A DNA stretch of 64,000 nucleotides. It comes from a virus. The DNA lies in IMG/VR virus record IMGVR_UViG_3300043570_000998, positions 1 to 64,000 of that record, one strand, 5' to 3'. A program made the position numbers and the translations under genes. This document shows, in pieces, positions 19,528-29,347 of this stretch. Within the stretch, counting starts at the first letter, position 1. Every line of letters begins with the position of its first letter. Under the pieces are notes generated by a model that was not told where the DNA came from, searched no databases, and was given only the letters and a program-made list of their open reading frames with translations.

Positions 19528-20111
19528 TGGCAATTTACTATCCCCCAATCTTTATAAATAAATACCTACAGGAAAAACTTGCAGGTAGAGGGTTTGGAGC
19601 AGTTCCAATGTTTCCAACATACCCCAGTGACTTTAGTGTTGCAGAAAGCTTTAGTCTCGATATTCTAACATCTGGCGGTACTTCAAGATACCAGTTCCAG
19701 GGACAAGCAGCGGTATTTGATAGAATGTTTAAAATGCGTAGAGGACCATTCCCCTACATCAAGTGTGAACAGTTACTATACTACTTTTATGCACTAACAG
19801 AAACAGCTGTAGTAAATCTTATTGAAATGACACAAGAGATACAAGACCTTCTTGATAGTGGAGATGATTCAGCAAAAGATCTAAATGCTTGGATTGCTTC
19901 AAAGGTAAGCGGCACAGTAACTGTTGATGGTAAAGTACATAAGAAAGTTACTTTTGATGGAACAGACTTCCTGCTTCCTTATTTTCATCAGATTAAAATA
20001 TACCAACTTGAAGAAACTCGTGACATTATAGATTTTGGTACTGCTCGTACATATGCAGGGAATAAAATAATTATTGACTATGACTGGCACAAATCAGATT
20101 CATTTGTATAA
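19527..20111 (+). CDS. Tail terminator (putative)
   Basis: Immediately upstream of tail tube. Confidence 0.45.
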   Translation: MAIYYPPIFINKYLQEKLAGRGFGAVPMFPTYPSDFSVAESFSLDILTSGGTSRYQFQGQAAVFDRMFKMRRGPFPYIKCEQLLYYFYALTETAVVNLIEMTQEIQDLLDSGDDSAKDLNAWIASKVSGTVTVDGKVHKKVTFDGTDFLLPYFHQIKIYQLEETRDIIDFGTARTYAGNKIIIDYDWHKSDSFV

Positions 20112-20179
20112 TAAGCCTGTATACTTATAAAGAGGAAACACCCACCCAAAATCTATAACAAGAAAGAGGTGAAATAATT

Positions 20180-20890
20180 ATGGCATATTCACGTGGTACA
20201 AGTGCTAACATCATCGTTGGTGCAGCAGCACTTTTCACATACGAAGATGGTCCAATCGGTCAGGACACAAGTGGTGGTATTACCAACACTCAAGCTGAAC
20301 TCGATCTTCCCAACTTCCAAACCAACATTTCGTACAAGGATACTCTCGCAAATGCAACAAACGAGGTTGACTATCGTAACGTTGGTTACACAATGAACGG
20401 TCTTGAAATTGTCTTCCAGCCTGACTTCGGTGAGGTACAGGTTGACCAGGTTCTTGACGTTGCAAAGCTTTACAAGCAGGGAATGCAGGTTAACCTTAAC
20501 ACAGCATTCGCTGAAGCAACACTTGATAACTTGCTTTTTGCAATCGCAGGACAGACAACTGACCTTTCAAGCACATACACCAGTGTTACATCCCAGAGTG
20601 CATTCGGAACACCAACTTACGACGGTGACCGAGTTCTCAATATGGGTGCAGGAAACATTGGTGAGTGTCCAGTAGAGCGTGGTCTCGTTGCTGTTGGTCC
20701 AGGAACAGGAGACTGTGCAGCTGGATCTTCAATCGAACGCATCTACATTGCATACCGTGCTCTTTCAATCGAAAGCGTTACAGTATCAGCAAAGCGTGAC
20801 GAAGCTACAATGTTTGAAGTATCATTCAGACTTCTTCCCAATGACAACGCGTCATACGGTAAGATTGTAGATCGTACACTCGCATCATAA
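20180..20890 (+). CDS. Major tail tube protein
   Basis: NIIVGAA, VGYT.NG, EV.VDQ and T.FAEATL.NL motifs; strong RBS; terminator follows. Confidence 0.85.
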   Translation: MAYSRGTSANIIVGAAALFTYEDGPIGQDTSGGITNTQAELDLPNFQTNISYKDTLANATNEVDYRNVGYTMNGLEIVFQPDFGEVQVDQVLDVAKLYKQGMQVNLNTAFAEATLDNLLFAIAGQTTDLSSTYTSVTSQSAFGTPTYDGDRVLNMGAGNIGECPVERGLVAVGPGTGDCAAGSSIERIYIAYRALSIESVTVSAKRDEATMFEVSFRLLPNDNASYGKIVDRTLAS

Positions 20891-20903
20891 TTTAATATAA
20901 TCA

Positions 20904-20942
20904 GGACTGCTCAGAGTTTCGGCTCTGGGCAGTTTTGTTTTT
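20904..20942 (+). terminator. Intrinsic terminator
   Basis: ACTGCTCAGAG-TTTCGG-CTCTGGGCAGT followed by T-run. Confidence 0.8.
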
Positions 20943-20956
20943 GGTACAATAGATGT

Positions 20957-21646
20957 ATGGCAACAGAAATTTATGAAACAGGAACTACTACGTTAGTAGA
21001 CGGAACAGAGATATATTTAACACCGCTAAAGATTAAATACCTTAGAGAATTTATGAAAGAGTTTGAGAATGTTAAACTTGCAAAAGATGATGCAGAAGCC
21101 GTGTCAGCATTAGCACAATGTGCCAGGGTATGTATGAAACAATTTTATCCATCTATAAAAACAATAGAAGAACTAGAAGATAGCCTTAATCTACCAGCTA
21201 TCTATAGAGTATTAGATATTGCAGCTGGAATTAAGATTGATGGTAATGATGAAGAAGAGCCAGTAAAAGATCAAGCAGTTGATAGCGGATCTAGCTGGGA
21301 CACCCTTGACCTAGCAACATTAGAAACAGAGGTGTTTCTTTTAGGAATATGGAAAGATTTTGAAGAGCTTGAATCATCAATATCTATGCCAGAACTAACA
21401 TCAATACTTAATGTAAAAAGAGACTTGGACTACCAGGAAAAAAAGTTTATGGCTGGAATCCAAGGGGTAGATCTTGACAAAGAAAGCGGTAGTCAAGACC
21501 TTTGGGAGCAAAAGAAAGCTAAGTTCTTTAGTGGTGGGGCAACAAGCGATGCAAATGACGTTGTAGCCTTACAAGGACCAAATGCGGCAAACGCTGGATT
21601 CGGAATAGGTATGGGACTAGGTTATGAAAAACTGGTCGAAAACTAA
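20957..21646 (+). CDS. Tail assembly chaperone, long (GT-like) form
   Basis: Between tube and tape measure; first ~95 aa paralogous to 21692..22009; TGGTACAAT 6 nt before ATG. Confidence 0.7.
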   Translation: MATEIYETGTTTLVDGTEIYLTPLKIKYLREFMKEFENVKLAKDDAEAVSALAQCARVCMKQFYPSIKTIEELEDSLNLPAIYRVLDIAAGIKIDGNDEEEPVKDQAVDSGSSWDTLDLATLETEVFLLGIWKDFEELESSISMPELTSILNVKRDLDYQEKKFMAGIQGVDLDKESGSQDLWEQKKAKFFSGGATSDANDVVALQGPNAANAGFGIGMGLGYEKLVEN

Positions 21647-21691
21647 ACTGCTTCTGTGATATAATTTAAGAAGCCTAACAAGGAGGAAATA

Positions 21692-22009
21692 ATGGCAACA
21701 ACAATTAATGAAGCTACACAGCTTACGCTTATCGACGGAACAGTTATTATGGTTCGTCCACTAAAGATCTCACTACTTCGTGACTTTATGAAGGAGTTTG
21801 AGGGAATTGCTAAGGTAGCAGAAGACAACGAAAAATCAATGAACATTCTTATGAAGTGTGTTCAAATTGCAATGAAGCAATACAGTCCAGAACTAGCAGC
21901 TGACGTAACTGCTCTTGAGGATAATATTGATCTACCAACCGTTTATAAGGTGGTAGAAGCAGCATCTGGAATTAACCTTTCCGATACTGTAGCTGGTCTT
22001 ATGGGCTAG
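21692..22009 (+). CDS. Tail assembly chaperone, short (G-like) form
   Basis: L.DGT....PLKI..LR.FMKEFE shared with upstream gene; own promoter 21657-21665; RBS AAGGAGG. Confidence 0.75.
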   Translation: MATTINEATQLTLIDGTVIMVRPLKISLLRDFMKEFEGIAKVAEDNEKSMNILMKCVQIAMKQYSPELAADVTALEDNIDLPTVYKVVEAASGINLSDTVAGLMG

Positions 22010-22034
22010 ACTCTAAAAAAGGAAGTGTTAATGA

Positions 22035-25000
22035 ATGGCTGAAGATGCAAATGCTAATATCCGCATAGATATTGACACTACCGCTGCTACTGCAGCACTT
22101 AAAACACTACAAAGTCAAATCGCAAGATTTCACACAGAGATGGCTCGTGGTGGAGCAGTAGCTGGTCAAAATGCTGCTAAACTACAACAAAACTTAATAA
22201 ACTCTATTAATGCTGGTGGTCAGTTCCAAGCAGGAATGACTAAAGTTCAGTCAACTACCGAAGCATTCACTACTGCCCTTGAGAAAAATAAACTTTCGAT
22301 GGGGCAGTATTTTAGATATGCTGGGGCATCTACAAAAACATTTGGAAGAATGTTTCGTGGTGAATTTGAAACAATTACAAAGGTAGCTACTGAAAGAGTT
22401 AAAGACCTTCAAACCCAATATATCTCAATGGGTCGTGATGCAAATGGAGCATTAAGATCAATCAAGATTAGACCCCTAACTCTTGATATGCAAAATCTTG
22501 CTACACAGTCAATGATTACTGCACAAAAACAGCAACTATATAATCAACTTCTTAAGCAAGGTTCTACGAACCTTCTAAACTTTGGTAAAAACACACAATG
22601 GGCTGGTCGTCAGCTTATGGTTGGTTTTACCCTTCCCCTTACAATGTTTGCATCAGTTGCTGCAAAATCATTTATGGACATTGAAAAACAAATAATTAGA
22701 ATTCGTCGTGTTTATGGAGACTTCTCTACAACCGTTAAAGAAACAGACGATATGATTGCGTCCATCAAATCTCTTGCAGGAGAATATACTAAGTATGGTG
22801 TTGCTGTAAAAGATACCATTGGTCTTGCTTCAGAAGCTGCCGCTGCTGGTAAGACAGGTCAAGAACTTCTTGCTCAAGTAGCACAGGCAACTCGCCTTGC
22901 AGTTCTTGGTAACGTAGAACAATCACAAGCTCTTGAAACAACAATGTCTGTTACCAATGCATTTGGTGTTGCCACTGAAGATCTTGCTAGTAAAATTGAC
23001 TTCCTTAACGCAGTTGAAAACCAATCCGTTACGTCTATCGAAGACTTAACGGTAGCTATTCCAAAGGCTGGACCTGTTGTTCAACAACTTGGTGGAGACG
23101 TAGAGGACTTGGCATTCTTCCTTACAGCAATGAAGGAAGGTGGGATTAACGCATCTGAAGGTGCTAACGCACTCAAATCTGGTCTTGCTGCACTTATTAA
23201 TCCAACTGGTAAAGCAAAAGAAATGCTTAAAGGTTTTGGTATTAATATTGAGAAGATTGTTAATTCAAATAAGGGAGATATTAAAGGACTTGTTATTGAT
23301 TTTGCGTCTGCACTTGATACCCTTGATCCACTTAGCCGTGCTCGTGCAATTGAGCAACTTTTTGGTAAGTTCCAGTTCTCACGTCTATCAACACTTTTTC
23401 AGAACGTAATTGGCGAGGGTACACAAGCAGCTCGTGTCCTTGAACTAACCAAAGCAACTACACAAGAGCTTGCAATCCTATCACAACGAGAACTTAAAAA
23501 GGTGGAAGACACAACTACCTACAAGTTTGAAAAAGCATTTGCTGACTTCCAGGCAGCAATAGCACCTGTTGGAGAACAATTCTTAAAAGCAGTTACACCA
23601 ATTATTGAGTTTGGTACAAAACTACTTAATCAGTTTAATGGTATGAGTGATGGTGCAAAGAGTTTTGCGGTTATCCTTACTACCGTAGTTGCAGGTATTG
23701 GTCCTGTGCTACTTATGACTGTTGGTCTTGTTGCTAACGGTGTAGCTAACCTTATTAAGATGTTCCAGGCACTTGGAACTATGTTTAAAAAGTCTGGGGC
23801 AGACACATCAATTCTTGGTATGCAAACAGAGTATATGACTCAACAACAGCTTGAAGCAGCAGCAGTAGCAGCATCACTTAATCAGTCACACAGCAGACTT
23901 ACTCAAACATTTAGCGTAGAGGCTGCAGCACTCAACTCTTTGACAGCAGCTTACCAAAAAGCAGTAACGGCACAACGTGGGTTTACAACACCTGGAGGTA
24001 GAGTCGCTGCAGGAAGTACAAAACCAAAGAAATTTGCTAATGGCGGAATGATTCGTGGTCCAGGATCAGGAACGTCGGACTCAATTCCTGCAATGCTTTC
24101 AAATGGCGAAGCTGTCATTCCTGCAAAACAAGCTAAAAAATATAGTGGTCTTATTAAAGAAATAATTTCTGGAAACGTTCCTGGATTTGCTGGCGGCGGT
24201 ATTCTTGGAGGAATGAAAAATATTCTTGGTGGAATGCTTGGTAGATCTAAAATTGCAACAAGGCTCCCCTCTGACGTACTTCTTAAAATGCTTTCATCTG
24301 GAAACACAAAGTATCAAAGTGGATTAGGAACAGGTGCTGGTGTAGATGCACAAAGTTTAGGCACTAATGTATATCAAAAAATGATTTTTGAAAGAAAACT
24401 TGCAGAAAATGCTGGTTTGGGTATTCCAATGGGTGCAGGTAATAATGCAAGACCAACCTATGGATCGGTTGCAACAGTAGGTCCAATTGCAAAATTCTTA
24501 AATAAACTTTTTGGTGGAAAAGTTGCTGGAAAGAATTTTAATGACATAACAAATCCACTTTCAGAACTATTAGATCAATATGGAGATGTTTCTCTTATTG
24601 CTAGAAATAGTGTAAAGAGTCAGTCAAGTATTTATCACGGAGATACTTTAATGGACAGTGTTAGGGGAGTTGGGTTTGGACAAAATGCTGGTCCAGTACC
24701 ATTCAATAACCTAGATCAAAATGCTGTAAATAAGTCTAGATTAAACAATATGTTTTCTGAATATGGTCAAACTAGAGTTGGAAATAGTATATCGGTTAAC
24801 AAAAAACCATCATATATAGAATCGCAAACTGCTGGTGGATTTGATGTTACTAAAGATATTGAAAAAATTCTTATCAAAAATCCAGAACTTCTTCCAGTAA
24901 TTCAACAAGCCCTAGCAGCAAGAGGTCTAAAAATACCAGTTAAGGTTGGTAAATATGCCAGGGGTGTAGTTAGTGTTCCTGGTCCCAAGGGTAAGGGTGA

Positions 25001-28000
25001 TGTTGTACCAGCAATGCTCTCTCCAGGAGAGGCAGTTATTCCTGCAAAGATGGCTAAGAAGTACGGACCTCTTATTAATGGAATGGTTGCTGGCAATATT
25101 CCTGGGTATCAAGAGGGAATTAACGCACCAGAATCGTGGAATCTTTCAGAACCTGGAGCAAGAAGAAGAGCCAGTCTTCAACAAAATTTTGATAATTTAT
25201 CTGCACAAGGATATAAGCCACAAATAAAACAAGTTATAGATTCCCTGAGTGGACTAAGAGTTTCTACAGAACAAGCAAGACAAATTTTTTCAAATATGAA
25301 CACAGCAGCAAAACTTGGACCAGAGCAACTTACTTCCTGGATTGCAGCATTAAAAGAAAATGCAACACTAACATCATCTGCTAGTGAACTAATTAAAACA
25401 CAAAAACTAAAAACTGGTGTGGCTAGTGGCGGTGCATCAACAAACTTTACACATATTGGTGCAGGAACAATTGTACCTGCACAACAAATACTAGATCAGT
25501 ATGGAACAGAAGGTCTTTCACAGGGGCAAGCAAACAACCTAAGAAATTTTGCACAACAAGGTAAAGATGTGCCTGTTAAGGGTATGCTTGGAATGGATAA
25601 TTTTAGTGCAGATGTAAATAGAAAACTTGCAACAAGTGGTGGAGCTACAATGAAAGAATTCTCAGACGCATTTGACACAGCAGGAATTCAGAAATGGAAC
25701 ACTAGTGTTATTTCTGGTGGCGGAAATATTCAAAAACTAGGTGCAGATATCTTAGCATTTGACAATAAGTTTAAAACACTAATTGCTGGTGTAAGTAAAT
25801 CAACCGTAATTTTTGATACAATGGGACAATCACAAACATATATGGCAAAAAATGCTAATGCTGCTGCAATATCTCTAGAACAGCTATATGCAACTGCAAG
25901 AGCATCTGCAACACAAGAATTGCGTCAGGCACTTGATACTGCACATACAACTCCAGGAGAGTTAAGATTTCAATCAAGTAGGCAGGGAAATCAAAAGTTC
26001 CCAGAAAGATTTAAAGGACTTTTAGCAAAGCAAGCAGAAACTGAATCAAAAAACTTTAGTTCACAGCTAGAACGTTTTGCTCAAACAGCATCTCCATCAA
26101 AACGTACAAAAAAAGTTGCAAAAGATACTGTTGATGGCTATGTTCAAGGTCTAAAAGAAGGAGAAAGCCAGATAAGAAAAGCTGGTAGAACAACAGGACG
26201 ACGTGTAACACAAGCTACTGGTGGACCAATTGTTGTTGATCAAACAGGAACTCAAGCAATGCCTACAGCAACCAGAAAGCCAAGACGTGCCACACGAGCA
26301 CAAGGATCTCCTGGACCAATAGTATACTCTCCAGATAATATGTTTGGTCCAGAGCCAGCTCCTAAGAAAAAGCCAGGACGTATTGCTAGTGCTGTTAAGG
26401 GTATGGGTGGTATGGGAGCAGGTATGGGTGTTGCTATGGCTGGTGGAGCATTAGCTATCGTCCCTGGTCTTGAGGGGCTAGGAACTGCTGCAGGTCTTGC
26501 TGGTAGTGCAATGATGATGATTCCTGGACCAATTGGAATTGTGGTTGCTGCCCTCATAGGATTTGTTGGTATTATAATGTCTGTAAAAGATGCGGTAGAC
26601 AAACAAAAACAAGCAGCTATTGATCTTGCAAACGCTCAAATAATGAGTATGGAAAAACTTAATACAATGGCTGAAGATTTTGGAACTGTTAGTGCAACAG
26701 AGGCAAGGGTAGCAGCAGAAGATGCCGCTGCCGCAGGAGTTTCTGAAAAACAAATGTCTGCTGGCACACAATATCTTACAGAAATGGTTAGTGGTCAACA
26801 GTTTGTTTCAGATGTAAAAACACAACAAGCTGCTGGAATATCTTCTGCAGAAATTGGAAAAAATGTTGCTGCAGATATGGCTACTGCTGTTGCACAAGGT
26901 GTTGTAACTCAGGAACAGGCTACAGAAATTATTGCTGCTCTTGGTTCTATGGTTGGAGACCGTGCAATTACTGCTGGGGCTTCTCAGCAATTTGGAACCT
27001 ATATGGAAGATCCTACAAAGGCTTCTGGTTTGATTGGTCAGGATAGGCTTACTCAACTACAAGGACAGTTTGGTGCTGCATCTCAGACAACAACCACTGC
27101 AGGTGGAAAAGGTGTTGTAACAACTATGGCAGATCCAAATGCTGCTTTAGGAGCAGTCTCTGCAACAATGAGTGCTTACGGTCAAACTGTTGGCGGTGTT
27201 GATGCAATTAATGCACAGTATGATGCTAAAGTAGCAGAGGCAACAACTCTAAAAGAAATTAATGCACTAGAGGCACAAAGGACTATAGATGTTAATGCTC
27301 AAAGAGATCTTGCAGCAGCAACATATGCTGAACTTGAAAAACAAAAAACTGCAATTGGTGCTGTAAAGTTTAATGAAGCATTCTTAAAGTCATTCGACAA
27401 AGATAGTGAAGCATACAAAACAGCAGAAAAGATTAATGCCCTTGAGGATAGTGAGTTTAAAACACAATTCCAAGCAGATTTTGCTGGTGGAAATATGAGC
27501 CAGGCAACTGCAGAAGCACTTGTTTTGCGTGGTAATAAAGGCGTTACAGCACATTATAAGATTAAAGCAAATGTTTCAATTAGCAAACAAGATGCTGCAA
27601 TGCTAAACAGACTAGAAGAACAGTATGGTACTGGTGTTACTGGTGGTACTACGCCGCCAAAAAAGAAAAAGAAAAAAGAACCTGTTACTACTACTGGTGA
27701 TAGTGGATCAGGAGCACCACCAGAAGATAAAAAACTTGCTAAATATAATAAAAAACTTGACAAACAACAAAAAGCACTTAGTGTCATTAATCTAGAAGAA
27801 GATGCAATTAACAAAAAATACCAAGACCGTGCAAAAGCTCTTGAGGATATTGCAAAGCTTAATGAAAGAATTGCACAGGGACAAAAAGATCAGCTTGCGG
27901 TTGCAAATGCTTTGGCTTCTGGAGATATTGCTGCTGCAGCAAGTGCTGTGCAGTCTGCAAGAGAATCTTCAGCACAACAATCTGCACAAGCACAAAAAGA

Positions 28001-28451
28001 AGGACTTGACAAAGCAAAACAAAATGAATTAGATGCAGTTTCATTTGGTGGAATGACAAGAAAATCGCTAGAAGCTTCTATGGCAGCTTTACAAATGGCA
28101 ATAGCTAGAAGAGAATACAAGTTAGCATCTAGCGGAGGTATGATGAGGGGATACTCTGTTGGTGGTAAGGTTATGTCATACTTTGCTGCTGGTGGAAAGC
28201 CACGAGGAAGTGATACAATCCCTGCTATGCTTACTCCTGGAGAGTTTGTTGTTAAACGACCTGCCGTGCAAAATTTTGGGGTAAAGAACCTACAAGCAAT
28301 CAATAGTGGTAAATCTCCTAACGCTTCAGTGTATAATTATAGTGTGACCGTTAATGCTGGAAGTAATGCAAATGCAGATCAAATTGCAAGCACCGTTATG
28401 TCTAAGATTAAAAAGGTAGAAGGATATAGGATTAGGGGAAATAGTCAATAA
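22035..28451 (+). CDS. Tape measure protein with inserted domains
   Basis: 2138 aa; TP901-type core (ENQSVTSIEDL..AIPKAGP, ASEGANALKSGL); hydrophobic segments; three D.(I/V)PAML(S/T).GE.V motifs. Confidence 0.92.
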   Translation: MAEDANANIRIDIDTTAATAALKTLQSQIARFHTEMARGGAVAGQNAAKLQQNLINSINAGGQFQAGMTKVQSTTEAFTTALEKNKLSMGQYFRYAGASTKTFGRMFRGEFETITKVATERVKDLQTQYISMGRDANGALRSIKIRPLTLDMQNLATQSMITAQKQQLYNQLLKQGSTNLLNFGKNTQWAGRQLMVGFTLPLTMFASVAAKSFMDIEKQIIRIRRVYGDFSTTVKETDDMIASIKSLAGEYTKYGVAVKDTIGLASEAAAAGKTGQELLAQVAQATRLAVLGNVEQSQALETTMSVTNAFGVATEDLASKIDFLNAVENQSVTSIEDLTVAIPKAGPVVQQLGGDVEDLAFFLTAMKEGGINASEGANALKSGLAALINPTGKAKEMLKGFGINIEKIVNSNKGDIKGLVIDFASALDTLDPLSRARAIEQLFGKFQFSRLSTLFQNVIGEGTQAARVLELTKATTQELAILSQRELKKVEDTTTYKFEKAFADFQAAIAPVGEQFLKAVTPIIEFGTKLLNQFNGMSDGAKSFAVILTTVVAGIGPVLLMTVGLVANGVANLIKMFQALGTMFKKSGADTSILGMQTEYMTQQQLEAAAVAASLNQSHSRLTQTFSVEAAALNSLTAAYQKAVTAQRGFTTPGGRVAAGSTKPKKFANGGMIRGPGSGTSDSIPAMLSNGEAVIPAKQAKKYSGLIKEIISGNVPGFAGGGILGGMKNILGGMLGRSKIATRLPSDVLLKMLSSGNTKYQSGLGTGAGVDAQSLGTNVYQKMIFERKLAENAGLGIPMGAGNNARPTYGSVATVGPIAKFLNKLFGGKVAGKNFNDITNPLSELLDQYGDVSLIARNSVKSQSSIYHGDTLMDSVRGVGFGQNAGPVPFNNLDQNAVNKSRLNNMFSEYGQTRVGNSISVNKKPSYIESQTAGGFDVTKDIEKILIKNPELLPVIQQALAARGLKIPVKVGKYARGVVSVPGPKGKGDVVPAMLSPGEAVIPAKMAKKYGPLINGMVAGNIPGYQEGINAPESWNLSEPGARRRASLQQNFDNLSAQGYKPQIKQVIDSLSGLRVSTEQARQIFSNMNTAAKLGPEQLTSWIAALKENATLTSSASELIKTQKLKTGVASGGASTNFTHIGAGTIVPAQQILDQYGTEGLSQGQANNLRNFAQQGKDVPVKGMLGMDNFSADVNRKLATSGGATMKEFSDAFDTAGIQKWNTSVISGGGNIQKLGADILAFDNKFKTLIAGVSKSTVIFDTMGQSQTYMAKNANAAAISLEQLYATARASATQELRQALDTAHTTPGELRFQSSRQGNQKFPERFKGLLAKQAETESKNFSSQLERFAQTASPSKRTKKVAKDTVDGYVQGLKEGESQIRKAGRTTGRRVTQATGGPIVVDQTGTQAMPTATRKPRRATRAQGSPGPIVYSPDNMFGPEPAPKKKPGRIASAVKGMGGMGAGMGVAMAGGALAIVPGLEGLGTAAGLAGSAMMMIPGPIGIVVAALIGFVGIIMSVKDAVDKQKQAAIDLANAQIMSMEKLNTMAEDFGTVSATEARVAAEDAAAAGVSEKQMSAGTQYLTEMVSGQQFVSDVKTQQAAGISSAEIGKNVAADMATAVAQGVVTQEQATEIIAALGSMVGDRAITAGASQQFGTYMEDPTKASGLIGQDRLTQLQGQFGAASQTTTTAGGKGVVTTMADPNAALGAVSATMSAYGQTVGGVDAINAQYDAKVAEATTLKEINALEAQRTIDVNAQRDLAAATYAELEKQKTAIGAVKFNEAFLKSFDKDSEAYKTAEKINALEDSEFKTQFQADFAGGNMSQATAEALVLRGNKGVTAHYKIKANVSISKQDAAMLNRLEEQYGTGVTGGTTPPKKKKKKEPVTTTGDSGSGAPPEDKKLAKYNKKLDKQQKALSVINLEEDAINKKYQDRAKALEDIAKLNERIAQGQKDQLAVANALASGDIAAAASAVQSARESSAQQSAQAQKEGLDKAKQNELDAVSFGGMTRKSLEASMAALQMAIARREYKLASSGGMMRGYSVGGKVMSYFAAGGKPRGSDTIPAMLTPGEFVVKRPAVQNFGVKNLQAINSGKSPNASVYNYSVTVNAGSNANADQIASTVMSKIKKVEGYRIRGNSQ

Positions 28452-29347
28452 TGGCAACATATACATATTTAGACGCTCGTCAAAAATACAGTCGTCCACA
28501 GGCGATGCTTTGGTCTGACAATGCAGGACGTGAAGATGTAAACAATGGCAACAAAATTGTTCCATATGGATACGAAGTTAATGCAGCTACTGGTGCTGGA
28601 TCTGGCGTAACAATTACTACCCAAGATCCAATTAATGCCTTTATGATACTTCCAGACCACAACAGGAGTCCTATTGATGTACAAATAGAAAGACTTGGAC
28701 AACAGCAAAGAATGGTAAATGGTCGTATGCGTTCATTCTATAATGCAGACAAAAAGAGTATATCTCTTTCTTGGGAAATGCTTCCGTCAAGATCTTTTGT
28801 TAGTCCCCCAAACTTTGAGGCAAGAGTTGGATCTATTACAGCTGTGTCTGGAAATGGAACAACAATAACTTATACAGCAAACGGAGATTTTTGTAATTCA
28901 TTAACTGCAAATATAACTACGGTAAATATAACTGGAATTCTTCCAACAACATATAATCTTAGTAACGCATTGGTTACAGCAGCAAATGCAACAACGTTTT
29001 CTGTGACTAGCAATGTTACTACTACTGTTACCTTGGCAACTGGTACTGTAACATCTACAGAAATTGGAACATCACCAGTTGCAACAAATCCATCTAATCA
29101 ATACATTGTCGATGGAGGTGCAGGAGCAGTCGATATCCTTGACTGGTATGAAAAACATACTGGTCCATTTTACGTCTATCTTGCATATGATAAACTTGAT
29201 AATTTTTCTGGTAACGATTACAACAGACTTAATGAATATAACGAAGTTATTGAAATGTATATTACAAGTTTTTCTTATGACATTGCTAGACGCGGCAGCA
29301 ATAACTATGATTTTTGGAATATCTCTGTTACGTTGGAAGAGGTATAA
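28451..29347 (+). CDS. Distal tail (Dit-like)/minor tail protein with inserted beta domain
   Basis: Directly after tape measure; RMVNGRMRS...K...SW..LP and W.ISVTLEEV motifs. Confidence 0.6.
   Translation: MATYTYLDARQKYSRPQAMLWSDNAGREDVNNGNKIVPYGYEVNAATGAGSGVTITTQDPINAFMILPDHNRSPIDVQIERLGQQQRMVNGRMRSFYNADKKSISLSWEMLPSRSFVSPPNFEARVGSITAVSGNGTTITYTANGDFCNSLTANITTVNITGILPTTYNLSNALVTAANATTFSVTSNVTTTVTLATGTVTSTEIGTSPVATNPSNQYIVDGGAGAVDILDWYEKHTGPFYVYLAYDKLDNFSGNDYNRLNEYNEVIEMYITSFSYDIARRGSNNYDFWNISVTLEEV

Noticed and set aside
27652-27683. PPKKKKKKE in the tape measure resembling a nuclear localisation signal
   Set aside because: Bacterial virus; most likely a low-complexity basic linker encoded by an A-rich run
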